A stretch of 64,000 bases of DNA from an uncultured Planctomycetota bacterium (GTDB lineage: Bacteria; Planctomycetota; Planctomycetia; Isosphaerales; Isosphaeraceae): the NCBI GenBank assembly GCA_963845755.1, contig CAWJTV010000041.1, positions 384,001 through 448,000 on the forward strand, in the 5' to 3' direction. Position 1 is the first letter of the stretch. The number at the start of each line of letters is the position of its first letter. A program made the translations under genes and the position numbers. The notes under the pieces are model-generated. The model did not search any database and was not told the origin of the DNA. It saw only the letters and a list, made by a program, of their open reading frames with translations. Positions 1 through 9,480 of the stretch are shown piece by piece.

Positions 1-393
1 GAACTTCCGTCGTGGCAGCGGCTGCTTGCGGATGCTCAGGTCGTGCAGCACGACCTGCCAGGCCTCCGCGAATGTGTGTCGGTTCGGCACCAGCTCGCGC
101 CACTCCCCGCTCCAGAGCGTGTAGGCGACGTAGAGCAGGCCGTTGATGGCGAAGAACCACAAAAAGGTGAAGTGCCAGGCCATCCCCTCGGCCAGGCGAT
201 GGTCGAGTTGCAGCATTCTATAGAACCAATCGGGGAAGAACTTGACAAGCGTAATTCCCCCCAGCCGGATCGCGTAGACATCGTTGGCCCAGTAGATCAA
301 CAGGCCGCTGTAGATCATGATCGCCAGGATCGGCACGTTGGCCCAATGAAAGGCCCGCGTCGCCAGCGAATGTTTTCGCTCGAGATGTGGCAT
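1..393 (-). CDS. Cytochrome b/b6-domain membrane protein (YdhU/PhsC-like), runs off window end
   Basis: Manual translation of the minus strand from ATG at 393: MPHLERKHSLATRAFHWANVPILAIMIYSGLLIYW...EGMAWHFTFLWFFAINGLLYVAY. Shows the HW-N and WHF His motifs and TM helices. Missing from the ORF track because there is no stop in the window. Confidence 0.85.
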   Translation of the reverse strand, partial: MPHLERKHSLATRAFHWANVPILAIMIYSGLLIYWANDVYAIRLGGITLVKFFPDWFYRMLQLDHRLAEGMAWHFTFLWFFAINGLLYVAYTLWSGEWRELVPNRHTFAEAWQVVLHDLSIRKQPLPRRKF

Positions 394-482
394 GATGACG
401 CCTTCCCTCGAAGCACGCGGCGTTCGCGGGCCGCATACGGGCCAACCACCGCCGCGATTAGTCGGGACGAACCCAGCCGAAG

Positions 483-713
483 TTACTCTTTTTTCGTCCC
501 CATCTTGCCGGTATCCATCTTGTCCATGGGGCCGGCCATCTTGCCGGTGTCCATCTTGTCCATGGGACCGGCCATCTTGCCAGTATCCATCTTGTTCATG
601 GGCCCGCTCATCTTGCCGGCGTCGCTCTCTGATTCGGTCGAGCAGCCCGGGATTCCCCAGCACGCGACGAGGACCGAACCGGCGAGGACGGTGGAACGAA
701 GCAAGCAACGCAT
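483..713 (-). CDS. Methionine-rich repeat lipoprotein (pentapeptide MXKDX-like)
   Basis: AGGAG RBS before ATG 713. Signal peptide ends in a lipobox-like IPG-C. Mature part is about 3.4 repeats of GKMAGPMDKMDT, with 10 Met in 53 aa. Confidence 0.8.
   Translation of the reverse strand: MRCLLRSTVLAGSVLVACWGIPGCSTESESDAGKMSGPMNKMDTGKMAGPMDKMDTGKMAGPMDKMDTGKMGTKKE
501..623. repeat. 36-bp tandem repeat (3 full copies + 1 partial) encoding the Met-rich 12-mer
   Basis: Units start at 501, 537, 573 and 609, e.g. catcttgccggtatccatcttgtccatggggccggc. Confidence 0.95.
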
Positions 714-799
714 CGATCGTCTCCTGAAGAGGCTCATGTCGAACTGAAGGCGCGGATTGTCCGCGACTGATAACTCGGACCCGAAAGCTGAGGACTGCC

Positions 800-1072
800 T
801 CAACCTCGCCTGCCGTTGAGCAGATCGGCGATGAAGCCCGAACATCCCACGATCGTCGCCCCTCGCTGGATCAAGTCGTCGAGCAGCTTGACTCCGGCCG
901 AGTCGATGAACGTCACGGCTGCCAGATCAAGGCGCAGGCAGCCTGGCGGGGTCTGTGGCTCTTCGCAGGTACGCCTCAACTCGTCGATCCAGGGACCGAG
1001 GAGCTTGCCTTCGAGCTTGAGCGTCCGGATCGGACTGCCGGCATCGAGGTCGATCCCTGTGATCCTGAGCAT
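800..1072 (-). CDS. STAS-domain protein (anti-anti-sigma-like)
   Basis: MLRITG...TLKLEGKLLGPWIDEL...LDLAAVTFIDSAGVKLL, containing the STAS 'DLxxVxFIDSAG' signature. GGAGG RBS. Confidence 0.85.
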   Translation of the reverse strand: MLRITGIDLDAGSPIRTLKLEGKLLGPWIDELRRTCEEPQTPPGCLRLDLAAVTFIDSAGVKLLDDLIQRGATIVGCSGFIADLLNGRRG

Positions 1073-1126
1073 GGCCGACCCCTCCGCGAACCTCCGCCTT
1101 CCACGACGGACGCGCCGAGTGGGAAT

Positions 1127-1142
1127 TGCACGACCGGTGCCA
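1127..1142 (-). promoter_or_regulatory. Sigma-54 (-24/-12) promoter
   Basis: Minus strand reads TGGCACCGGTCGTGCA. GG and GC are spaced exactly as in the TGGCACG-N4-TTGCW consensus. Lies 55 bp upstream of the STAS gene and next to a bEBP gene. Confidence 0.75.
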
Positions 1143-1253
1143 GACAGTCGCGCCTGGAATTGTTTTGTCGGAGATCCCAACAAATGAACGACTTGAGGCG
1201 ATGACCCCGCGCCGGTGAGAGGAACGGCTCGCTCGGGGATGAGGGACCGGCGT

Positions 1254-1286
1254 CACGAAATATCGTGGCCGCTACGACGGTTCGTG
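1254..1286. promoter_or_regulatory. Tandem palindromes, putative enhancer (UAS) for the sigma-54 activator
   Basis: CACGA-AATA-TCGTG (1254-1267) and TACGA-CGGT-TCGTG (1273-1286), about 110-145 bp upstream of the -24 box. Confidence 0.55.
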
Positions 1287-2712
1287 GGTCTCTCTTGAGA
1301 TGCCGAGCTTCTTGAGGCGGCTGCGGAGGGTGTTGGGGTGCAGGCCGAGGACCTGGGCCGCGCCGCGCGGCCCGTCGATGACCCACTGCGTGCGCAGGAG
1401 GACGGCGCGGATATGGCGGCGCTCGATCGCTTCGAGGGAGGAAAGGGGTGAGTCCTCGGTCGCGGCGGGACTGGTGGAGAGTTCGCCATCGATTTCGAAG
1501 TCGAGGGTGGGGCCCGTCGCGAGGATGACGGCGCGTTCCAGCACATTCTCCAGCTCCCGGACGTTGCCGGGCCATCGATAAGCGGCCAGGCGTCGCAGGG
1601 TCTGCTGGCCGACGCTTTCGATGCGCCGGCCGGTGCGGTTGGCGAACTTGTTGACCAGGAATCGCACGAGCAGCGGGATGTCCTCGGCGCGGTCGCGGAG
1701 CGGGGGGAGCGCGATGGGGAAGACGCCCAGGCGATAGTAGAGGTCTTCGCGGAAGGACTTATCGGCAACGGCCTTAAGCAGGTCGCGATTGGTGGCGGCG
1801 ATGACTCGGACATCGACTTTCCTCGGGGACGTCCCGCCAACCCTGTCGAACTCGTGTTCCTGCAGGACGCGGAGCAGCTTCGCCTGCGTCTCGAGGGGGA
1901 GCTCGCCGATCTCGTCGAGGAAGATGGTCCCCCCATCCGCAAGCTCGAACCGGCCGATTCGCCGGGCGATGGCGCCGGTGAAGGCCCCCCTCTCATGACC
2001 GAATAGCTCGCTTTCCACGAGTCCAGCGGGAAGTGCCGCGCAGTTGAGCTTGATCAGCGGCTTGTCCCGGCGCTGGCTGTTGGAGTGGATCGCCCTCGCG
2101 ATCAGTTCCTTGCCCGTGCCCGTCTCGCCGCAGATGAGCACGGTGGCGCCGGTAGGCGCCACGCGGCCGACCTTGTCGAGCACTGCCAAATGCACCGGGC
2201 TACGGCCGATGATCTCGTCGATGTTGTGGACCGACCTGATTTCCTCTTGCAGGTATTGGTTCTGCTGTTGGAGCCGGGCCGTTTCCTGCTCCATCAGCAC
2301 GCGATCGGTGATGTCCACGATCACCGTCCGTGTGTATTTCCCGTTCGGTTCGGGCTTGGACCACCACTGGACCCAGACAGGGCGGCAATTATCGTTGCGG
2401 CGGAGTTCCAGGACGACACCGGCTGTGTCTGTTCCCCGGCCTATCGACGCAAAGGCTTCACGGACCCGTTGCTGTGCCTCGGGCGTGGCCGCGACGAGCG
2501 ACCTCATAGAGATCTCGGTACCTTTCTTCACTCTCGCGCAGCTTTTGCTCATAACGCAGCCGTTCCAATTCCGCTGCGGCACGAGCCGCAAAGAGGACAG
2601 CCATCTCGTCGCCGTCCGCGGACGGCGGTTCCTCTTCCCGACGCGTAAGTCCCAGGACTTCGCCGGGCGACCCGGCCGCCTGTGCCGCGGTCGAATCCGA
2701 TTTGCCGTTCAT
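1272..2712 (-). CDS. Sigma-54-dependent enhancer-binding protein (PAS-AAA+-HTH), N-terminus frameshifted or internally deleted
   Basis: GETGTGKE, ESELFGHERGAFTGA, FLDEIGE, WPGNVRELEN and a C-terminal HTH. The N-terminal piece (MNGKSD...RESEERYRDLYE) is in another frame and joins near 2500. Confidence 0.9.
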
Positions 2713-2864
2713 GGAATCGCCCAATTGTCGTCCCAACAAGATAACATAGGTGCGCGTTATCAGACGTTGCATTGCGAGTCGCGAACGATGTGGTCTGGAC
2801 CTGGGAGACTGGATACGATGGTCTTCGAGGGCCATTCCGCATCAAGCAGCAGAGGGAGGACTCG

Positions 2865-3317
2865 ATGTCTACCAAGCTGGCGTCGATGAACTGGAGGGAC
2901 TACGTGGGACGGTTCTCGGTCGAGTTCGACGTGGCGAACTTCGAAGACATTGTGCAGGCGAAGAAGGGTTTCTTGCCGCCAGAACAGGTGCGCCGGGGTC
3001 GACTTTCCGGCGTCGTGGACACGGGAGCCTCTCGGCTCGTCCTTCCGGCGTCGGTGGTGGACGAACTGGGTTTGCCCGAGGCCGGCCAGATCACGGTTCG
3101 GCTCGCCGATGGTCGCCGGGAGCTCAAGGCGGTGGTCGGTGCCGTCCAACTGGAGATTCTGGGCCGCTCTAGCGTCTTCACCGCGGTCGTCGAACCAGGA
3201 CGCGACGACGCTCTGATCGGGGCCATCGTGCTGGAGGAACTGGACTTCGTTCCTGACTGCACCCGACAGGTTCTGTTGCCGCGCGACCCGCACGGCCTGG
3301 TAGCCGAGATCGATTGA
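2865..3317 (+). CDS. Retropepsin-like (clan AA) aspartic protease
   Basis: VDTGAS catalytic motif, flap-like VRLADG and ALIGAIVLEELD. GGAGG RBS. Confidence 0.85.
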   Translation: MSTKLASMNWRDYVGRFSVEFDVANFEDIVQAKKGFLPPEQVRRGRLSGVVDTGASRLVLPASVVDELGLPEAGQITVRLADGRRELKAVVGAVQLEILGRSSVFTAVVEPGRDDALIGAIVLEELDFVPDCTRQVLLPRDPHGLVAEID

Positions 3318-3319
3318 GC

Positions 3320-4295
3320 TTACCGCGATTCAATTTGCAGCCCCAGCGTCACGACTTCGAGGAACTCGCGGGCCCTGCGGGCCAGCATGTCGATCCCTTC
3401 GGGATTCGCAGGACGCGGGATCAGCGGGGCGAAAATGTTCTCGCAGCAGAGCGGCATCTCCCGGCCGGTGAATGCCACCAGGTTGAGCAGCTTGTAGTGG
3501 TCGATCTCGCCGAAGCCGGGACCGCAGTCTTCGTCTTTGGGGACGTTGCGGTGGTCCTTGATGCAGAAGCCTCGGACCTCCTCGGCGCATGTCTTGAGAT
3601 CGGGGATCGGATCGACATCGAGGTAATCCATCACGTTGCCGGCGTCGTAGTTGACCTTGATACCTTCGTCGGCGACCTCGCGGACGATCTCCGCGCACGC
3701 CGCGCCGGTGCCCGTCTCGCCGCCATGTTGCTTGACGACAATCGTCACGCCGTGGTCGCGCGCCATGGGCCCGAGCTGCTTGAATCGTTCGACCCAGAGC
3801 TTGCGATTGCCCCCTCGGGTATGGCCGAAGGTGAGCACGTGCGGCAGCCCCCCCGCCGACGCTTGCCGGATGCGCGATGCCAGAACCTTCAGCGCGTCAC
3901 GGTCCTCGGGGTAGATCATCGAGAACATCATCAGAGGTTCAAGGCCCATGTCGCGACATGTCTGACCCAGCTCCTTTGCCCGTTCCGGAGGTGCATCGGG
4001 GGCGATCACCGGCACGTCTTGCCCATTCTGGCGGTGAGTGGTCCCCCAGGCGACGTACTGATAGCCGGCCGACTTGATCCCGGACAACGCCCGATCCATC
4101 GGGAAGCGCGAATACGGCAGCGTCATGCAGGCGATCTGAAACCGGGTCGGCTTGGCCCGGTTGGTTAGTCGGTCCTGCGCGGATGCCGGCCACGAAGCCG
4201 ATGCGCCTGTAAGCCACCCCCACCAGTCCAGTCGCGGTCATGCCGAGCCAGGCGCGGCGGCGGATTCCCGCCTCATCGGTCATGTTGTGAGGCAT
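3320..4295 (-). CDS. Sugar-phosphate isomerase/epimerase (xylose-isomerase-like TIM barrel), Tat-type signal, frameshift near 4150-4200
   Basis: NYDAGN, CIKD, PGFGEID and CCE TIM-barrel motifs. IRRRAWLG signal in the upstream frame. AGGAG RBS. Confidence 0.8.
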
Positions 4296-4303
4296 CGCAT
4301 CTC

Positions 4304-4786
4304 CTAGAGTGTCTTGAACATGACAAATGCGTCAACATAGCCAAGTTTGGGATGGTCGAAGGCACCGGGCAGCGTGCCGACGATCTCAAAGCCAAAGCTC
4401 TGCCAAAGCCGCACAGCTCGCTCGTTCGTGCTCACGACGAAATTGAACTGCATGGCTCGAAACCCCTCGTCTCGGGCCCGTTCGAGCGAATCCGAGCACA
4501 TCATGCGGGCGATTCCTCGCCCCATCGCCTCCGGAGCAGTCATGTATCCACAGTTGGCGACATGGGCACCGCCGCCCGGCCGGTTCGCCCGGAGGTAGTA
4601 GGTGCCGAACAACCGACCGTCCTCGTCCGCGACGAAGACGTTGCGGTCAGGTGCCATCCAGTGTGCGATGGCCTCGGCTTGCGTCATGTCTCGAGGCAGG
4701 GCGTAGGTCTCGCCCGCACGGATGGTGGGTTCCATAATGGCCCAGATCGCCGGTGCGTCTTCCGTGCGAGCCGCTCGGATTTCCAT
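4304..4786 (-). CDS. GNAT family N-acetyltransferase
   Basis: GRGIAR acetyl-CoA motif; FNFVVSTNERAVRLWQSFGF. Confidence 0.9.
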   Translation of the reverse strand: MEIRAARTEDAPAIWAIMEPTIRAGETYALPRDMTQAEAIAHWMAPDRNVFVADEDGRLFGTYYLRANRPGGGAHVANCGYMTAPEAMGRGIARMMCSDSLERARDEGFRAMQFNFVVSTNERAVRLWQSFGFEIVGTLPGAFDHPKLGYVDAFVMFKTL

Positions 4787-4805
4787 GGCTTGATGCGCCT
4801 GACGA

Positions 4806-6086
4806 TTACAAGAACCGCGTCTGGCCCGGGATCGCAACCTGGCTGAGCGGCGGCTGGGCATTCCAATCGTACTGCGGAGGGCTGAGGACCTCCTTGGAGT
4901 TCATCGCCATGTCCCAGGTGATCTCCTGGCCGGTGTACGCGGCCATGCGGCCCATGATGGCCAGCAGGCTGCTCCGCGCCATGTACTCGCCATTCTGGAT
5001 CGGCTTGCTGTTGCGGATGCTGGCGAACAGCTCGTCGTGCTCGGACTGATACATCTGGTTCTGGGGACCTTCGAAGATCCACTCGCCGGCCCCGGAACGA
5101 ATCCGCATGCCACGCCGGCGTTCCATGAACTGGGCCTGCCCCTTGGTCCCCATCACCCAACAGCTCATGTCGTTCTTGCAATTCGGCTGCTGGCGGCAGT
5201 TGCTGACGAGCTTCGCACCGTCGGCGTATTCGTAGACCACTGAGAAATGGTCGTAGATCTGGCCGTACTCCGGACCAGTGAGCACCTGCCGGCCGCCCAT
5301 GCCGACGGCCTTGACGGGGTACCTTTCCTTCATCACCCAGGAACAGACATCGAGGTAGTGGACGTGTTGTTCCACGTTGAAGTCGCCCGACAGCCAGGTG
5401 AAGTTGTACCAGTTCCGCATCTGATAGAGCATTTCGGTCCAGCCGGGCTGGCGCGGCTTGTCCCATCGGCCGCTGCGGTAGTCGTTGGCGAACAGGGCGG
5501 AGACCTCGCCGATGGCCCCGTCGTGGATGCGACGGACCGTCTCCTTGAAGCCGTTGTCGTAGCGGAGGCACAGGCCGGAGACGACCGAGAGTCCCTTGGT
5601 CCGGGCCAGCTCGCAGCTCTTGAGCACGGAGTGGACGCCGGGAGCATCGACGCCGACCGGCTTCTCGGCGAAGACGTGCTTGCCGGCCTCGATCGCCGCG
5701 CGGAGGTGGATCGGGCGGAAGTGCGGCGGCGTGCAGAGCAGCACCACGTCCACGCCGCTGCCGAGCAGCTCCTGGTAAGCGTTGAACCCGACGAAGCGGT
5801 GATCGGGCTTGACGGCAACTTTGGCCGAGACGTCCTCGGCCTTCTGCAAGATCTCCAGGCTGTTCTGGAGCCGGTCTTCGAAGGCATCGGCCATGGCAAC
5901 GAGCTGGACGTTCGAATCGGCGGCGAGCGCCTGGGTCGCCGCGCCGGTGCCGCGGTCTCCGCAGCCGATCAGGCCGACCCGGAGTACGTCGCTGCCGGCC
6001 GCGTGGACGTTCGGCACCGCCGCCAACGTGCCGGCAATGGCGGCCGTCTTGAAAAAGTCCCGTCGTGAGGCGGATCCCGAGGTCAT
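4806..6086 (-). CDS. Gfo/Idh/MocA family oxidoreductase, Tat signal
   Basis: SRRDFFK, GLIGCGDRG, AGKHVFAEKP and EQHVHYLD motifs. Confidence 0.93.
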   Translation of the reverse strand: MTSGSASRRDFFKTAAIAGTLAAVPNVHAAGSDVLRVGLIGCGDRGTGAATQALAADSNVQLVAMADAFEDRLQNSLEILQKAEDVSAKVAVKPDHRFVGFNAYQELLGSGVDVVLLCTPPHFRPIHLRAAIEAGKHVFAEKPVGVDAPGVHSVLKSCELARTKGLSVVSGLCLRYDNGFKETVRRIHDGAIGEVSALFANDYRSGRWDKPRQPGWTEMLYQMRNWYNFTWLSGDFNVEQHVHYLDVCSWVMKERYPVKAVGMGGRQVLTGPEYGQIYDHFSVVYEYADGAKLVSNCRQQPNCKNDMSCWVMGTKGQAQFMERRRGMRIRSGAGEWIFEGPQNQMYQSEHDELFASIRNSKPIQNGEYMARSSLLAIMGRMAAYTGQEITWDMAMNSKEVLSPPQYDWNAQPPLSQVAIPGQTRFL

Positions 6087-6097
6087 GGCCTGTCCTC

Positions 6098-6976
6098 TCA
6101 TTTCTTCAAGGGATGCAGTTCAAACCGGCGGACGAAAAGCTCGAATCCCTCGGATTGTAGCAGGATCTTCCCGGCGGAGGGGGAGATGTCATGGGCCGCG
6201 TTGATCGTCTGGCCGTTGACCCGGATCATCATCCGGTCCTGCTCGCAGAGGCAATCGACCTGGGTCCAGGCGCCGAGGGCACTCTCCACGTCGTCTTTAC
6301 CATGAGTGTCGAGCAGCTCCTGGAAGTCGGGGTCGTGCCGCGACCACCAGAGTTGACGATCCCCGACGAAGACCCGAGGCTCCCCCCCTGCCCTCCACCG
6401 CGGTCGTTTGTCGGGACCGAGGACGATCGGACTGGTGAGTCGCACGGGAATCGGTCCTCCTTTGGCGTCCTTGCCGCGGATGACGATGAGGTCGCCCACA
6501 CAACCCTGGGCGAGCTGGCATTCGATCGACGACATCCACATGCCCCCGGCGCCGCCGTCCGGGCCGGTCGCATGCAGCAGGATGCCGGAGTTCCGGACGA
6601 ACTTCCCGCCGTTGGTCCGCTTGCCCCACTTGTATTCGACGATCAAGTGATAATCGCGATACGCCTTCTCGGTGGCGATGTAGCCGTTGCCCTCCCCGGT
6701 GATGTGCAGCAGGCCGTCCGTGACCCGGAAGACCTGGTGGGGATCCTCGTGCTTCGTGTCCTCGAGCCAGGTGGATAAGCCGGCAAGCGTCTTGCCATTG
6801 AAGAGCTTGATCACCCCACTCGGCTGAACGGCACCGGGTTGGTTGTCGTCTCCGCCGTAGGCCGCAGGCTGGAGAGAGCCGGTAGTCAGGACGCAGAAGA
6901 AAAGCGCATGGAGCGTTCTTCTCGTCCTCGTGACGAGATTCGACGACCGCGGTCCGGACGACTTGATGACGTTCAT
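6098..6976 (-). CDS. DUF1080 (3-keto-disaccharide hydrolase-like) protein
   Basis: LFNGKTLAG, YRDYHLIVEYKW, NSGILLH, ECQL and GKILLQSEG motifs; N-terminal hydrophobic segment. Confidence 0.88.
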   Translation of the reverse strand: MNVIKSSGPRSSNLVTRTRRTLHALFFCVLTTGSLQPAAYGGDDNQPGAVQPSGVIKLFNGKTLAGLSTWLEDTKHEDPHQVFRVTDGLLHITGEGNGYIATEKAYRDYHLIVEYKWGKRTNGGKFVRNSGILLHATGPDGGAGGMWMSSIECQLAQGCVGDLIVIRGKDAKGGPIPVRLTSPIVLGPDKRPRWRAGGEPRVFVGDRQLWWSRHDPDFQELLDTHGKDDVESALGAWTQVDCLCEQDRMMIRVNGQTINAAHDISPSAGKILLQSEGFELFVRRFELHPLKK

Positions 6977-7010
6977 GGTCCCTCCCGGAGTCAACGGCCC
7001 GCCTTACTAT

Positions 7011-7901
7011 CTACTCCCCACGCGAGGGCAGATCAACCCACTCCTTCCGGGTGAACGGTGACGCGGCCTCGGAGCCGGCCGGCAGGAACGGAAAGAGCCG
7101 GGCTCGCGCGGCGGCATCGAGCGGGGCTCCGTACTCCGAGACCTCGAACGCTTCGAGGATCCGGACCCGGCCGCCGTGTTCCTGGCCATAGGTCTTGACG
7201 AGCAGGTCGCGGTAGCGGTCGGCCATCGGCTGGATCCGCTGTCGCAACCGCTCGGCCAGCCAGGCGCGACGGGCGTCGTCCTCAGGGGGCACGTGGTCGA
7301 GATGGCCGGCGTTGTAGGGGAGCCATTCGAAGAACTGGGATCGATGGCAGGCCAGCATCGCGACGAGCCGATCGAATACGTCGTCGATGTCCACGGCGAC
7401 GTGGGGCTCGAAGCGGCATGGCCTGGTGAAGGCATCGGAAAAGTAGAGAATCACCGGGCATGCCGCGAGGTGCGGCACGTCGGGACAGATGGCGGGCACC
7501 GTCAGCAGGTAAGACGCGTCCTGGACGAGCAAGCCGGCGAACCGATGATCGGGATGATAATCGGTCGATCGGTGAGTGATGACCAGGTCGGGCCGGAACG
7601 ACCGGATCAGGCGGATGACCTCATGGCGATACTCCAGGCGGTCGTCGAGCTCCCCGTCGGGATGATCGAGGACCTCGTAGGTCGCACCGATGGTCGCCGC
7701 GGCGGCCTGGGCCTCGCCGCGACGCCGGCTCGCCAGCTCGGGCCCGGGCATCGTCTGATGCCCCGCGCGTCCGTTGGTCAGGCTCACCATCCGGACGATG
7801 TGGCCCAGCGCGCACCACCGGGCCGCCGTCCCGCCCGCCTTGATGTCGGCATCATCCGGATGGGCGCCGATGATGAGGATCCGTAGCGGCTGTTCGAGCA
7901 T
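7011..7901 (-). CDS. PIG-L/LmbE family deacetylase
   Basis: AHPDD and YHPDH metal motifs. Confidence 0.9.
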   Translation of the reverse strand: MLEQPLRILIIGAHPDDADIKAGGTAARWCALGHIVRMVSLTNGRAGHQTMPGPELASRRRGEAQAAAATIGATYEVLDHPDGELDDRLEYRHEVIRLIRSFRPDLVITHRSTDYHPDHRFAGLLVQDASYLLTVPAICPDVPHLAACPVILYFSDAFTRPCRFEPHVAVDIDDVFDRLVAMLACHRSQFFEWLPYNAGHLDHVPPEDDARRAWLAERLRQRIQPMADRYRDLLVKTYGQEHGGRVRILEAFEVSEYGAPLDAAARARLFPFLPAGSEAASPFTRKEWVDLPSRGE

Positions 7902-7917
7902 GATTCGGGACCGATTC

Positions 7918-9413
7918 TTACTCGGCCGCCCCCTCCAGTTGCGGTTGCTTGGTCTGACCGAAGCCGACATTCGAGCGGGAATCGAATAACAGCTTGTCTC
8001 CGGAGAACTTCAGGCCGAGGGTCACAATGAACGGCGTCTCATAAAAACAGATCTTGACTGCGTAAGTGTCGTCCCCGGTCCAGGCGCCGCTCACCGCCGC
8101 CGGTTGCTCGCGAAACGTGCCAAACGCGACCTGCCCTTTCCGCCACGCCCCGCGGCCGCCGGTGATCCGCTGCTCTGCGCCGTCGAATCGTGCAATCAGG
8201 GTCACCGCGCCGTCCGGACCGCCGTCCTCGAACCGGATCGCCTGGAGTTTCCGCGCGTTCTTCGGGAAGACGTAGGTCTTGCCGGAAACGCGTGCGGCTA
8301 TCCCGTTGGACAACGAGCCCTCCTGGGGGCGGATCGCCAGTCCGGCGAGGGTACGTTCGAGCGTTTTCCGGGCGCCGTCATCGGCGGCCAGGGGCGCCGA
8401 CTTCATGCCCGGGAGGAGATGATCCCAGACCAGGTTCAAGATGGACTGCATATCACCGACACCGCTGGTGATGGCGATCACGGCATCCTGCTCGGGCATC
8501 ACGACGCAGAACTGGCCGAAGGCTCCGTCACCCCGAAAGGCGCCATGTCGACAGCGCCAGAACTGGTAGCCGTAGCCCTGATCCCAATCGCTTTTCGGGC
8601 TGCTGCCGTTGGAGGTCTGGCGCGCAGTGGCGGCCTCGACCCACGCCTCGGGGACGAGCTGTTTCCCCTGCCATTTTCCCTTCTGCAAGTAGAGCTGACC
8701 GAACCGCGCGATGTCCTCGGTGCGGACGCTCAATCCGTAGCCGCCGAGCGTGACGCCTTGCGGGCTGGTCCCCCACGTCGGGTGTTCGATGCCCAGCGGT
8801 TCGAACAGCCGCGGCCGCAGGTAATCGAGCACGGTCGTACCCGTCACCTTCTGGACGATGGCCGAGAGCATGTAGGTCGCCGAAGTATTGTAAAGGAAAT
8901 GAGTGCCCGGCTTGAACCGCACCGGGTGGGCCAGGAACGCATTGGCCCAGTCCTTGGCCGTCCGTAACGTTGGCTCGGATTGATGCCCGGTCGACATCCG
9001 CAGCAGGTCACTGACGCGCATCGCCTTCAGCAACGCGCTCGGCTTCTCCGGCGCATCTTCGGGGAAGAATTTCAGGATTTCATCATCGACGCTCAACTTC
9101 CCTTCCGCGACAGCCAGGCCGACGGCGGTCGAGGTGAAGCTCTTGCTGAGCGAATACAGTTCGTGGCGGGTTTCCGCGTCATAGGGCGACCACCATCCCT
9201 CCGCTACCACGTGACCGTGGCGCACCGAGCATGAAGCTGTGCATGGCGTCGGTCTTTTTGTCGGCGGCTTGAACGAACGCGAGGATGGCGGACGACGCGA
9301 CGCCCTGCGATTCCGGGCTGCTGCGCGGCAGGGCCGAGTCCGGAGGACGGTTCGGCCCCGAGACAGAGACTCCCGCTGCAAACGACCAGTCCGACGAAAA
9401 ATGAGTTCTTCAT
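7918..9413 (-). CDS. Serine hydrolase (beta-lactamase class C-like), N-terminal frameshifts
   Basis: SLSK (SxxK), FLYNT, YGYQFW and GDGAFGQ. Signal peptide MKNSFFVGLVVC in another frame. Confidence 0.88.
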
Positions 9414-9480
9414 GGTGATGATCCAAGATCGGTTTGACCGGGCGACACGACGCTCATTTGACGGGCCCGTCATGGCCCGG

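Noticed and set aside
501..623. 36-bp repeats as a CRISPR array
   Set aside because: Units are contiguous with no spacers, are in frame, vary mostly at synonymous sites, and no cas genes are present.
7918..9413. Serine hydrolase as a bona fide beta-lactamase tied to the BlaI/BlaR1 locus
   Set aside because: It lies about 39 kb away, the family includes many esterases and peptidases, and no copy of the 54511 dyad was seen upstream.
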